Shown: one piece after another, positions 23,538 to 37,300 of the stretch | Numbering within the stretch: position 1 is the stretch's first letter | Layout: every line of letters begins with the position of its first letter | DNA from: Nemertoderma westbladi | Taxonomy: Eukaryota > Animalia > Xenacoelomorpha | Length of the DNA stretch: 49,114 nt | Reading direction: 5' to 3' | NCBI GenBank assembly: GCA_032718475.1 | Contig: JAUCBJ010006584.1 | Coordinates: 1-49,114 of the forward strand | Position numbers and translations under genes: made by a program | Notes under the pieces: generated by a model | Told to the model about the DNA's origin: nothing | Databases searched by the model: none | The model's input: the letters and a program-made list of their open reading frames with translations, nothing else

Positions 23538-23811
23538 CTAAGAGAAACAATCAGTAACAATTTGGACTTAATTAAATAAATATATTAACTCCAATGGAGA
23601 CGGGGGGGGGGGGGATTGGACGGAAATACCATCCCGGTGAGATAATATATAGTCTCAATGTTAAATTATTAACTAAGGAAAAGGAACAGGTTTCAGTGAC
23701 ACGATATTCTAACATAAACTAAAGTCAACAGATTTTTGTTCAAGTCGAAAGTGCCCCATATCTGCTACAATAAGCTACTAAAACAACAACCAAACACGCG
23801 AATCAACCTAC

Positions 23812-23913
23812 CTCGCCCGTTGATGTGTTTTGTCTCTGGGACCACTGGTTATCCGGTACCAGATAGATGTGAACGTCGTCCACCTGTTCCGAGGGAGGTC
23901 TGCCGGTATCCAT
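23812..23913 (-). CDS. SPATA1: SPATA1-like gene coding exon 1 (MDTGRPPSEQVDDVHIYLVPDNQWSQRQNTSTGE)
   Basis: ATG with an upstream in-frame stop, GTAGG donor, and the RP.S..V..H...VP...W....NT motif. Confidence 0.8.
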
Positions 23914-25973
23914 GACGACTGTAACTCTCGCTATATACTTCGAGTACTTCTGCGGAAGTAGTATCGATATAAGCGAATCCTTCTAGGAGAACCGTAGTGA
24001 ATCATACTGAAAATCCAAAAACATTCAAAATAAAACTTCTGTTACTTCGTGGCGTGTAAATTACACAATTAGTCGGTCACCCACGATATATAAACTTTTT
24101 TTAACAATTCGCCTATCCATTGCCCTGGTCGCATTTTTTAATATCAAATTCATTTCGCAATTTAGTTAGTTATATTTCATGACAAATCTGGGATGATAAT
24201 TCTATATAAACAAATTAATTACAAAATAATACCGATTAATCCAATGTTGAAATAGACAACTCGACAAATGGAAGACATACAAATAAACTTATAAAAAATC
24301 AAAACTAGACACAGTAATAAGTTACAGAACTAATAGTAGTGAAGAAAACAGGGTTGCAATGTTCAACCACACAAACCGCTACAACAATATGTTAAAAAGT
24401 CTTTAAGTATTTAATAAAATACACAAACGATTCCGGATGAGTTACTTTACGTTTATGAAATATAATTTAGATATCATTATAACTCATTTGATCTGCAAAT
24501 ACTGAATATAAAATCAGTTTTACATTTCATCGAAAATTTCCGGAGATATTTGGAAAAGGCCTAATTATTATACGATAAAATTCGATACAATTAAATTGTT
24601 TTATAATACTATGTAGATTTAAATGTGATACATAATAACCGATACATCAAGTCGACGATTGTTTCCTAACTATTGTTCGCTTCCGCATGGTTCCTTTAAG
24701 CCTCGGTAGATGCGGAGACGACGATTGTTCCGTTAATTCGAGTTCTACTTCCGTCGGTTCTGAGTTTATTTTAGGAAATTGAGTTGATTCTCCTCTGCTT
24801 TTCTCCGATGCAAAGTAAGCTTATTCTGTCATGTGTGGACGGTATAATTTATAATTACGTAGGTTAATTTTTATCAGGCCATATTCGGTCTTCGGTGAGT
24901 TGTCCTGGTCACGTCGCACGCATAACACACTCTTACACACGGATACATACCGGTATCACTGCCTGCAGGCCTGCGGAACGTGAATGTTCTCAACCACCAT
25001 AGTGTCGGAATCGGCAACCTACGCCTACGGCCTACATAGTAGGCCTACCCGCACGCCGCACGGGCACCGTTAAAGGGGAGTGAAGCGCGTTGGCAGTTGG
25101 GTTGGTTATTGGTGCAATCCAGGCCTGACTGCAGTAGGGCCTACTACATTCTGACATTACCGCCATAAACTTTAACTGAACGTTTCTGTAATTTTTAATA
25201 GTGAAAAACAAACCTGGCAAGGCAAGCCGGGATATATTCTTCTATAAATTATATTTCTTCAAAAAGGTCGACCAGCATAAACTCAGTAGGCTACACACAA
25301 AATAGGCCTAGACGGTAATGGTACCGGTTCTTACAGTCTTCTTATGTACTTTTAAGATTTGGGTGATAGCTGTTAGCTGACTGGATCGCTGACTGTTGAA
25401 TTGGATAATATTTATAATGCGCTGTAATGTAAAGGGGAACTAAAAATGACTTTACTGTAGGCAGTCAGCTAGTAGTACCGTGCAGTTTAAAATCATGACT
25501 GAATGAGGCTTCTTGTTGTATTGTAGTGTACTGTTGACATTGATACCATTGCCAGGGTTACTGGACTACTGCTTTATGATTGGTGCGTACAAAAATAATT
25601 CATGATTTCAAATGATTTTTGGTTCCCCACACGGTCTTTGAGAAAGAAACCCATGTTTTTATTTTGATATTATTTTTTAAAAGTATATTGTACTCTATGT
25701 ACCTGTGCCTATACAGTATAAACTCGCTGTTAAATATTATACCTCGTTAAGATCCGGTAATGTTGAAAATTATACATACAGTAGGACTTTGGAATAAAGG
25801 TAAAATATGCCCATACATTACACCATGACCCGCAATATAGTGTCATTTTCTGATTACACGGACCGCCGCCCCCCCCCCCCCCCCCCCAAAAAAAAACCAA
25901 ACCAAAAAACCCCAATCTTTATCATATTGCTTGAAATTTCAAACACAAATATTTCAACTCACCGACGATGTTT

Positions 25974-26273
25974 TATAGGCGTTTAAAAAAAGTGTATTTA
26001 CCGAAATTTCTTCCTCCGTATCGCGTCCATTCTACACATTTAGTCATTATTTTTTCATATCATTAGAAAGCTTGGGTAGCAAGGATTCGAAATATGTAAC
26101 ATTGTCTGAACTTTGTTGAAAAACAGCTCTTATATACAGGAGACGTTCAAAGATTGCATGAAGTATTGTTCGCTGAATGTCATTTATTCTATTGAATAAA
26201 TACACAAAATTTTAGAACGTGTTATTTCATTTATGAGTTGGTGGGAAACAGTTTTTTTTTTAAACACACTGTA
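25974..26273. mobile_element. Possible Tc1/mariner-type MITE
   Basis: The right end ...TTTTTTAAACACACTG-TA imperfectly mirrors the left TA-TAGGCGTTTAAAAAAA. Confidence 0.35.
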
Positions 26274-26384
26274 TTTGCTTAACTATTGAATATATTTGGA
26301 GTAATAAAGAGTAAACCACAATGTTTGAGTAACTATTAATAGTTTTTTTTGGCCCTTTTTTTCATTTTTTTAATGATCTATTTC

Positions 26385-26510
26385 ATATTATATTGGCTGG
26401 ACACTAATAAATTAACTCTAAATCTAATAAAATCTGAGTACACAATCTTTTCCAATTCCAAATCCCCGATTCATCCGGATCTCCAAGTTCTTTTTAACGG
26501 CCAATCAAAC
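26385..26510 (+). pseudogene. Non-LTR retrotransposon (CR1/L2-type) RT C-terminal fragment
   Basis: WLDTNKLTLNLIKSEYTIF...VLFNG matches the W...NKL.LN..K....IF pattern. Confidence 0.65.
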
Positions 26511-26879
26511 AAATCTACCCAGACTTGTGCTATGTCGATTACAGTTCTGTTGCCCGTTGCTGGGTTCATGTCCGCATTGGCCAGAAGGATTGATGTTACG
26601 GAAATGTTGCAACATACTGGCCGTTGTGACGCAGAGCGACATCCACGAAGACAGACCAGTGCCGATCTCAGAAGAGAGAAGGACAACCTCCGTCAAACCC
26701 AGCAGATGGCGGCGGAATACCGGATCTCTCGCTTGTCTGCCAACTTTCGTGCCAGACGAGACACAAGTAGTAGAGGAAGAGGGTCCCTCCACACCGCCTC
26801 CCTAGCTTAGTCTATGGGAGATATCTCAGAGGACTATTCAAAATGCTAAATTCCGGTGTTAAAAGCGGTGTTTAATGAC

Positions 26880-27560
26880 CATCTACCACCATCGGTATTG
26901 ATTCGCGTCGTTGCATCATCGATATTCACCAACGCGTAGCCTAACCTCGCGATGCATGCCTTACTCGACTGCTGTTACCAACCGCCAGTATTGATTCGCG
27001 TCGTTGCATCAACCAATCATCGATATTCATCTTCGCGTAGCCTAACCTCACGATGCATGGCTAGCCCCCACACCTACCCATCGCTACTCGACTGCTGTTA
27101 CCTACCAACCAACCAACCAACAGCGATGCTTGCCTAGCCCTCCGGTTACTCCCCTTTCGCCTCGCTACCACATACTGTATATGATGACAATGATGAGTCA
27201 GTCACGGACGTGGCCAACACCATGCATATACCACAGAAGCCTAACCTTGCGATGCATGGCTAGCCCCCACACCTACCCATCGCTACTCGACTGCTGTTAC
27301 CTACCAACCAACCAACCAACCAACAGCGATGCTTGCCTAGCCAACCGGTTACTCCCCTTTTTGCCTCACTACCACATACTGTATATGATGACAACGATAG
27401 AGTCAGTCACGGACGTGGCCATCTACGCACACCACGCATATACCACGCCACGCCGCGCTATTATATTATATCGATTACCAACTCAACGATTTACCCACTG
27501 CTAGAGCTACTCGACTGCTGTCACCAAACCAACCAACCAACCAACCAACACCAGTATGAT
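26880..27560. repeat. Complex tandem repeat (units of about 92 and 199 bp with AACC microsatellite)
   Basis: GCCTAACCT..CGATGCATG and CTCGACTGCTGT recur 3-4 times; 27039-27237 aligns with 27238-27445. Confidence 0.85.
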
Positions 27561-27944
27561 ACATGAAATTCCGCTACGCGTCACGTACACATTCTCGCAT
27601 TTCCATAGTTACTCAACCTAACCTAACCCACAGCAACTGTACCATATTGAAAGCCTACTAACATTATACTGCGCGTTTTTATTATAATTATTGATTATTA
27701 TTATTATTACGCACAACCCAATGGTTCATATTCGTACACGTATTTCCTACCCTCGCAACCAACCAACCAATCATCCACATTGCATCCCATCTCTTTTCTT
27801 ATTCGTCGTTGATTATGCCACATCCTATCTCTTTTCTTATTCAACGTTGATTATGCCACATCACATATTCAGAAATTATTATATAACTGAATGTTTTTAT
27901 TAAAATTCATCACTTGTAATTTTCTGGTAATATATTGATACCAT

Positions 27945-27976
27945 CATGACCTACTATAATATTATAGTAGGTCATG
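27945..27976. mobile_element. 32-bp perfect palindrome with 7-bp flanking duplication (minimal TIR element)
   Basis: CATGACCTACTATAAT|ATTATAGTAGGTCATG flanked on both sides by ATACCAT (27938-27944 and 27977-27983). Confidence 0.75.
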
Positions 27977-27996
27977 ATACCATATCTAATTTTTTT

Positions 27997-28144
27997 TGTT
28001 CTCACTCTGAAATTGTGTTATTTCCTTAATAATTTCTTCATTATCTTACTCGTTGTATATTCGTTTCATTCCATTCCAAAGTTATATTCAATTTTGGAAT
28101 GGAATGAAACGAATATACGACCATCACAATTTTAGAGTGAGAAC
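27997..28144. repeat. Long imperfect inverted repeat just upstream of the 28215 ORF
   Basis: Outer arms GTTCTCACTCTGAAATTGTG / CACAATTTTAGAGTGAGAAC; inner arms GTATATTCGTTTCATTCCATTCCAAA / TTTGGAATGGAATGAAACGAATATAC. Confidence 0.85.
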
Positions 28145-28214
28145 TATTGTGTCAATTTATTACAGCGATACAGTTTAAAATTTATCACTTGTAATATTTT
28201 TCGTATTTATTATT

Positions 28215-29160
28215 ATGGCCTTAACGCAAAAAACCGGAGCAACAAATAGCTGGAAATTTACTTACAATAAATATACTTGTACCGTCGTTCACAGCAAGTA
28301 TTTTATTGTGGAATCTCAGGAGGACAACGAATCAATTTGTTTTTCCTATCAAGATACCCGCTATTTGCTAGACATTCTAGAAACAACCAACAACAACCAA
28401 CATCAATCCAGACCATCAATTATACCAGGTAGGATATATGCCGCTCTTCGTTTTGCGCGAGGAAATTTGTATATTTCTATCAACCCTATGTCGGGTGATG
28501 TTTACGTTCAGAAACAAGGCAAATGTAAAGTTCTCAACAAAGCTTTTACTGAAGTTCTAATTCAATACAGAGGGAAATTATTGCAATTTCTCTCTACATT
28601 GAATTATCAAATCCAGAGTTTATTGGATTTGTAACAGCTTTTAAAGGAACCAACTATGTTGGCTTATGGAAAATCGGCGTCAGATACACTGATAGTGTTG
28701 GTTTTAACTATTATACGGGTTTCAATTTGTCAAATCAGGAACTAACCGTTTTGTTGCGAGAGTGGGATACCCAAATCGATGAAACAGACAAGCATCTTTT
28801 TGATAAAAATATCATTCAATTATCAGACCGTCTCAAAATGATTAAAACCAATAATAAAAAAATTATTATCACCAACACCAATAATTCTACTGAAGTCGAC
28901 ACAGGTGGAAATTCTATTGAGTTGCATTACTTGAATGATAAAGCCCATATTAGTTTTCTCAAAGAGGCAATGGATGGTGTTTCTCTTACTGAAGCATGGA
29001 TGGTGTTTCTCTTACTGAAGCTAATGTAGATGGTTTTGTCCTTTTGGATAAACCTAAAGCATTCATAGAGATCCCATCACCTAATCCGGATGTTGAAGAG
29101 AGTTGCTCTCAACCGCAACAGGTCTTTCCCGAAATATTACCCAAGATCATCGAGTAAATT
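28215..29160 (+). pseudogene. Frameshifted ORF with a putative PC4-like ssDNA-binding domain
   Basis: The frame of ORF 28727 is open from about 28553 and reads FVTAFKGTNYVGLW...GFNLSNQELTVLLREWDTQID, similar to PC4 V..FKG...I.I...GISL..EQW..L.....ID. Confidence 0.45.
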
Positions 29161-31719
29161 AACCAACGCATCACCTGCAAAGAAACAGAAAGTTGGTGGT
29201 AACCTAGTTCCAGTAGATCCAGTTACTAATTCTCCATGGAAACCAGATTATTATTCTAACATGTAAACCTGATCATAAGTTAAACCCTTTGAGGTTTCCA
29301 ATACCCATAAGCGATTGGTGATTCATTTAAAATTATTTCACTCGCTAGCATATCAATGTTTAGATATAGTCAATAACATTTCATTTTATTTTAATCTTTG
29401 GTGATATTTTATTATTATTATTATTATTATTAATCTAAACAAACTTTAACATGGATAAAATAACAATATGTTGTTCATTCTGTCATATGAATGTAACTAG
29501 ACATAATTATTTATGCCACCTACGGTCACATTTTGAAGGTTATTCTTGTTTTAAGTGTCATGTCGTGACTTCATGCAGCGAAATTTGTAAACGACATGAA
29601 TCAACTACTGGTTGTAAAGAAATAGAGTTCCGTACCTATCAATTGACTTGTCCTACCTGTAATAAAGAGTATACATATGATAATTATTTACGACACAACT
29701 GTCACTTGAAATGTTATTACACAAGAAAGCGTAAATCTCCGCAACATAAAAATATATTATCTAGAAAAAACTTAAGGGTGGCTCTTGGTACATGCGCAAC
29801 AATTTTTACGCGGGAACAAGAAGCTCACGATAATCGTCTTGAAATTTATGTCCACGACCTCCCAACTTCTAGAGATTATCCAGATGTAGTAACAGCATTA
29901 GCGCAAATTCGAGGTAATATTCTTCAGTTAATATTAGACAGATTGAAAGAAATGAATGTTCTTAGACTGTGGTTAGGTCTAAATGTATTAATGTACAGAT
30001 CACATTTTTCAGAAGGTGAGCAATTAGAAACCTTTTATTTTAATTATTCCGGTGGTGCTATTAATACTGTAGATTCATCATAAAGTTTTGACACATGGTT
30101 TGAGTATGTGGTGCAAAATATATTACAAAAAATAGCCATCTTTAACACACGTGGTTCGGGGTGGCGTATTAAATCTTTATTAAGAGTTGAAATTAAATTA
30201 GCTGAATCTAAGTGTAGGTCGTTACTATATAAGGGGCATGGATATATGGAAAGGTTCTATCGAGTAAACGATGTGTTATAAATATACAATCGGCTGATAA
30301 TGACTGTTTCAAATGGGCTATTATAGCCGCAAAATTTAGTAGCAAAGTGAAAAACAACAAATACCGTACTTCGCAGTACAAAAATTATATGAGTCATTTC
30401 ATTTTTGATAACGGGAAAAATGATTATCCAACAGAGTGGCAGCTAGCGATTAAACTTTTTGAAAAACAAAATTCTAAATATATAATTAATTTACTATGTT
30501 GGAATAACGACAACAAACGCACCCCTATATCTATATTAAGACAACCACCGTTTGTAAAATTACACCAGATAAAGAGTTATTAAATATATTACTTGTAGTA
30601 AAAAATAACAATGTACCTAAACTGAATCATTATGTTTGCATAACTAACTTGAATCGATTGCTGAATACGAGAGCTCTTCATATCCACAATAGGAAATATT
30701 GTGAAAGGAGTGATTCCATTCAAATTCGACAAATCTCGGTGGCATTCATTTTTTTAAAATGATTCGATCTTTACCAAACTTACAGGGTCTGAGGATATTG
30801 CTATTATTAAGTTATGTTGAAAATTTCAGCAAATTTGGTTCATTAGAACCGAAGTTATGGCCATTTTAAATATCGTGTTTTTAATAAAATTCAATATTAT
30901 CAAAAATAAAACTTAATGTAACTTTGGTGTACATAGTCCCCAGGATTTCAAACACACATCAAATTATAATATATGAGTAGTACTGTTTGCTACTGAAAGC
31001 CCGTAGAACAACAATTTTTAAAACCAATTTTATTTTTTACTTTAATTTGGTCATATTTTATATTTTCCAATAATATACCCCAATTTAATAGTTAATTTTA
31101 TTCACTTCAGAATTAGATAATTAACCAAGCTTTGCGGCAACTTTATACATACACTATTTATAAACCAGATTATATTTATTATAAACATCAATTATCAATA
31201 TAAGTGTTTTTATAATTAATTTAATTTAGCAAAAATGTCAAAAAATCGTTTTTTAAAAGTGCCTGTACAAATGAATTTTTAATTAATATTTGGTATGTAA
31301 GTTCATTGTAGATAATTAAATCGATGTAGAAAGTGTGAATAGATAACGGGCTTTAGCGTTGATTTAATTTACATTCAAAGTTTAGTGCGGGGCGGCATTT
31401 CTTCAAACAAACCGCCCATTGATTGACAGCCAACTAGTAGCGCCTCTCTGCTGGAGATCGCTGCTCCAGCTCTGCTTTAGGCTTTTAGCGGCAGTCCAGT
31501 TAGTTAGACTTGGTTTCTCTGTTCAGAGTTCGGCTCCCAGCAACTTGATTCACTCGGATTAAACTTTCGGTTCTACTTAAATTCTCAAGTTCGTTATGTT
31601 AACATAGATTATGATTTGGAAATAAATAATTTAGTTACTTTTTTTAACATAAATTTAAACTTGTAATACAATAAGTCTAATAAGATAACTAATAAGTAAT
31701 AATAGGGTGTAAACGTTAA

Positions 31720-32422
31720 GCAGACAGTGGTGCAGACAGTGGTGCAGACACTGGTGCAGACAGTGGTGCATACAGTGGTGCAGACACTCGTGCAGACAGT
31801 GATGCAGACAGTGGTGCAGACAGTGGTGCAAACACTGGTGCAGACAGTGGTGCATACAGTGGTGCAGACACTGTTGCATACAGTGGTGCAGGCACTGGTG
31901 CAGACAGTGGTGCAGACACTGGTGCAGGCAGTGGTGCAGACACTGGTGCAGACACTGGTGTAGACAGTGGTGCATACAGTGGTGCAGACACTGGTGCATA
32001 CAGTGGTGCAGGCACTGGTGCAGGCAGTGGTGCAGACACTGGTGCAGACACTGGTGTAGACAGTGGTGCAGACAGTGGTGCAGACACTGGTGCAGACAGC
32101 GGTGCAGACAGTGGTGCTACCACTGGTGCAGACAGTGGTGCAGACACTCGTGCAGACAGTGATGCAGACAGTGGTGCAGACAGTAGTGCAAACACTTGTG
32201 CAGACAGTGGTGCATACAGTGGTGCAGACACTGGTGCATACAGTGGTGCAGGCACTGGTGCATACAGTGGTGCAGACACTGGTGCAGACACTGGTGTAGA
32301 CAGTGGTGCATACAGTGGTGCAGACACTGGTGCCGGCATTAGTGCAGACACTGGTGCAGACAGTGGCGCAGACAGTGGCGCAGATAGTGGTGCAGACGGT
32401 GGTGCAGACAGTGGTGTAGACA
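31720..32422 (+). repeat. 12-bp minisatellite (GTGGTGCAGACA variants)
   Basis: More than 55 tandem units are visible. Confidence 0.97.
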
Positions 32423-32919
32423 TTGGTCATCTTTTATGATTAAAAAGTATATTAACCTCAGTTAGACATTTAACATTTATATTATTTGGTTTTGCGGTAA
32501 AGTTTTCAAGGAATTAGGATTAAGCAGCAGCGTTTGATTGTTTATAAAACTTATATTACTTATATAAAACTTAAAACTTTTATAAAACAATCAAAAACTG
32601 TCGCTTAAGCCTCATTCCTTTGAATCACTGCTGCGCTCGCAGTTTGTATACATTAATATAATTCATATCATCATATTTCTTAGAATAGTTTAGAATAGAT
32701 TAATGAATTAAATTCGCTAAGCTGTCTTGTAGTAGTGGGGGGAAAAGACACGCAGTCATTTCGAATTCGTGCAAAAGTTTAGTTTTTTAGAACTGTTTGA
32801 AGGAATTCATAAATGAATCAATTAATCAAATTAATCAACTCTCAAAATTTATTTAGGTTCACTGGGAGTCATGGCAACGGGCCTATATGGTAGTTTTTCA
32901 GGAAGTGAAAAACTAAAAT

Positions 32920-33230
32920 AATTTTTAATTAATATTGGGTATGTAAGTTCATTGTAGATAAATAGATCGATGTAGAGAGTGTGAATAGATACGGGCTTTA
33001 GTGTTTGATTTAATTTACATTCAAAGTTTAGTGCGGGGCAGCATTTCTTCAAACAAACCGCCCATTGATTGACAGCAAACTAGTAGCCTCTCTGCTGGAG
33101 ATTGCTGCTCCAGCTCTGCTTTAGGCTTTTAGCCGCAGTCCAGTTCGTTAGACTTGGTTTCTTTGTTCAGAGTTCGGCTCCCAGCAACTCGGATTAAACT
33201 GTAGTTCTACTTAAATTCTCAGGTTCGTAT
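32920..33230 (+). repeat. Internal direct copy of part of the left TIR (31276-31595)
   Basis: ATTTTTAATTAATATT.GGTATGTAAG...AAATTCTCA.GTTCGT is shared. Confidence 0.9.
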
Positions 33231-33854
33231 TGGGCACTGGACTGCGACAAGCTGATAGCAAATTAGTCTTTCCAATCTTGGCAGACTTTTTGGCACTGCA
33301 TTGGACTAGTGATAACACAAACTCCACTCAGACTCTAGTCAGGAGTTTGTGTGTCCCGTTTTGGGCCGGAGGGTTGGCGCCTTAATGTAGATCTATAGGC
33401 TGCGTTTCAATGGTGATATAGGAGGCAATATTTTGCAAGCGACTGGTCGCTTTACTTACTATGTAGTGGGCGGATCATATTCTGTAGGCCAAGTAATTGG
33501 TATTGACCAATTGGCAATGACCAACCCCTTGCTGGGACCACCTGGATCTACCCTGTATCAGGTCTGTATGTATAAGCTCTAGGTATAGAGACACAATGGG
33601 AGGTAAGGTTCATTTATTTTGACTAATCATTGCTATAATTCGCTTTTTTAGATATTCTTTCTTTAAATTTTATTCGTTAAGTTTTGATTCACTGTAATGG
33701 CTGGGAATATTTTTTGCTCGGTTGGTCGTAGCTTGGGCAATATTGGCTTGGGCTTGGGCGTTTATTGTTTTGGTTAGATTAACGTGTCACTGTTAACTCA
33801 CAGTTTAAACATGCGATGAGGCACCGTTGGGCGATATAATTAGACTGTACCATG

Positions 33855-34302
33855 TCTGGTTTGCACCAGTGTCTGCACCAGGTGTCTGCACCATTGTCTG
33901 CACCAGGTGTCTGCACCAGGTGTCTGCACCATTGTCTGCACCAGTGTCTGCTCCAGTATCTGCACCACTGTCTGCACCAGTGTTTGCACCACTATCTGCA
34001 CCACGGTCTGCACCACTGTCTGCGCCACAGTCTGCACCACTGTCTGCACCAGTGTTTGCACCACTGTCTGCACCAGTGTCTGCACCAGGTGGCTGCACCA
34101 TTGTCTGCACCAGTGTTCGCTCCAGTATCTGCACCACTGTATGCACCACTGTCTGCACCAGTGTTTGCACCACTGTCTGCACCACTGTCTGCACCACAGT
34201 TTGCACCACTGTCTGCACCACTATATGCACCAGTGTCTGCACCACTGTTTCTGCACCACTGCCTGCACCACTGTCTGCATCAATGTCTGCACCAGTGTCT
34301 GC
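33855..34302 (-). repeat. Inverted copy of the 12-bp minisatellite (TGTCTGCACCAC)
   Basis: Reverse complement of the 31720 array, ending at the mirrored flank GCTTATCGTTTACACCC. Confidence 0.97.
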
Positions 34303-37300
34303 TTATCGTTTACACCCCCCGAAAGGTAACTATTCAACTGCTTTAGTTTTAACAAGGACGGCTGTCTCGAAAAATATTCATCTAGATATTGAAGTCTTAA
34401 GTCGTCGTAACACCGGCAACCGAGCAAAAAATGTTGTCGAACCCCAAGAAAACAATCAAATTCCTTAGATACTTCATTACCTACCACTACCCGAGATTTT
34501 ACATCTTTGTAAAGTCAAAGACAGGTTGGGCCTCTACTATAAATTATAATAGTGGGGGAAAGAGGATTATTTATATCTTATTAGACTTATTATATTAAAA
34601 GTTAAAATGTATCTTAAAAACGTAACAAAATTATGTATTTCCAAATCATAATCTATGTTAACATAACGAACTTGAGAATTTAAGTAGAACCGAAAGTTTA
34701 ATCCGAGTGAATCAAGTTGCTGGGAGCCGAACTCTGAACAGAGAAACCAAGTCTAACTAACTGGACTGCCGCTAAAAGCCTAAAGCAGAGCTGGAGCAGC
34801 GATCTCCAGCAGAGAGGCGCTACTAGTTGGCTGTCAATCAATGGGCGGTTTGTTTGAAGAAATGCCGCCCCGCACTAAACTTTGAATGTAAATTAAATCA
34901 ATGCTAAAGCCCGTTATCTATTCACACTTTCTACATCGATTTAATTATCTACAATGAACTTACATACCAAATATTAATTAAAAATTCATTTGTACAGGCA
35001 CTTTTAAAAAACGATTTTTTGACATTTTTGCTAAATTAAATTAATTATAAAAACGCTTATATTGATAATTGATGTTTATAATAAATATAATCTGGTTTAT
35101 AAATAGTGTATGTATAAAGTTGCCGCAAAGCTTGGTTAATTATCTAATTCTGAAGTGAATAAAATTAACTATTAAATTGGGGTATATTATTGGAAAATAT
35201 AAAATATGACCAAATTAAAGTAAAAAATAAAATTGGTTTTAAAAATTGTTGTTCTACGGGCTTTCAGTAGCAAACAGTACTACTCATATATTATAATTTG
35301 ATGTGTGTTTGAAATCCTGGGGACTATGTACACCAAAGTTACATTAAGTTTTATTTTTGATAATATTGAATTTTATTAAAAACACGATATTTAAAATGGC
35401 CATAACTTCGGTTCTAATGAACCAAATTTGCTGAAATTTTCAACATAACTTAATAATAGCAATATCCTCAGACCCTGTAAATTTGGTAAAGATCGAATCA
35501 TTTTAAAAAAATGAGTGCCACCGAGATTTGTCGAATTTGAATGGAATCACTCAAAGGTGTTTGTGACATTTTTTTCGAGCGGAAGTTCTTCATCAACACC
35601 GTTTCGCCTGCTACCAAGGAAGAAGTCAACGAGAGAAACTACCTAATAAAAAAAGAACACACATTAGTTTTACAAATTTAGATAGAACCTTATCCCCATT
35701 GTTTGTCACCTACTTTGATATAGAATGTATCTTACAACCCTCAGTTAATAATCAATTTATACAGGAGCATATACCGTGTGCTGTGAGTTATTTAATTGTT
35801 CCCAATAGTGAATTAATTGATCCTCCAAAATATCATTTGAAAACATTCGTAAAGTCAAATAATAATAATTGTATTCAAGATTTCTTAGATTCATTATATA
35901 CTGATTTAACTGAATTATGTTGTTGGTCAGAAATATACACCCATAAAACTATGTTATTTACTAATATTGATTTTGTAAATTTTGAACAGGCAAAATTTTG
36001 TTTCTATTGTAATGTTACTTTAAATAATAATGTAGGGAAAAACAGACATCATTCACATATTACAGGTAAATATATTGCAGCATCTTGTAATAGTTGTAAC
36101 CGGGTTTAACATTGAAACGATACCTGTATGTACTTTGCGGGCACAATGCCAATAATTACGATATACATTGTATATTACAAACCGGATTTAGAGATAAGAA
36201 ATACACGGATTGGGATATAAAGGTTATACCGAGAAATACAGAACGATATATTTCACTGAGTGCATTTATCCCAATTAAAAACACTTCTAAAAAAATTGAG
36301 TTATGTGTCTTAGACACATATCAATTTTTAAGCTTTTCCCTAAATAATTTAGTTGAGTGTTCAACAAAGGATGTAGCGAGTCATGATATAAGCTCAATTT
36401 TACCTATTACTCTACAAGAAATGAAATATTTTTATCCAAACTTGAATAACTCAACAATTAATCGGAAAGGAGTATTTCCATACGAGTACTTGACAGATAT
36501 AAATAAATTTAATGATACTGGTTTACCATCTATAAATAATTTTTTTAGTAACTTAAGTCAAAAAACATGTACAATTGAAGATTATAGGTTTGCAGGATTA
36601 TCATGGGTAGAATTCGACTGTGTGAATCTCAAAGATTATCTTTTAGCCTATTTAAAACTCGATGTTTGTTTGCTTGCTGATATATTTGAGAATTTTAGGA
36701 ATGTTTGTAAACAAAATTACGATTTAGAAGTGGTTTTTTACTGTAGTATTGCGTCATTTACCTATGATTGCGCTCTAAAATATAATAAATGTAAAATAGA
36801 ATTAATAAAGGATTATCAGACATATAGAGATTTTGAAAAATCAATTAGGGGTGGTGTTTCATTTTGTCGAAAGCATTATATAGAATCAAATATACCCGAA
36901 ACAAGTACATATGATTCTACTAAGGAAGAATGCCATATTTTTAATATTGATTTCAACTCTTTATATTCTGGGAATTTAAGTAAAAAACTACCCACCTCAC
37001 AATTCAAAGAAGTAAGTATTAAACATTTAGAGAATGAAATTCCAGAAAAACTAATCGAGTACTTGGTAGATTTAGACAATGACGGATCTACTGGATATTT
37101 TTTAATATGTGATTTAAATTACCCCAAAGCTATTCACGATCAAACATTACAATTACCGTTAGCCCCAGAGCATTTAAGTATAAATGAATCAATGCTTTCA
37201 CCTTATATGAGGGAACAATTTAATAACTTATCGATACAAAGACGTACCTCCAGTAATTATAAGATGTCTACACCAAAACTCTTGCTGACACAATTTGATA

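Larger units (their letters stand above)
30708..35552. mobile_element. Non-autonomous foldback DNA transposon with about 1-kb TIRs (Sola2-like)
   Basis: GAGTGATTCCATTCAAATTCG... / ...CGAATTTGAATGGAATCACTC, with arms near-identical over 30708-31690 and 34570-35552. 4-bp TSD AAAG. Removing it restores the pPolB reading KYCER-CL. Confidence 0.9.

Noticed and set aside
26505-26850. GC-richer stretch with overlapping short ORFs
   Set aside because: No recognisable motif or consistent frame.
31609-34487. Long ORFs of CTTV/SAPL/HHCL/VQT repeats in several frames
   Set aside because: By-products of a stop-free 12-bp minisatellite, open in many frames on both strands.
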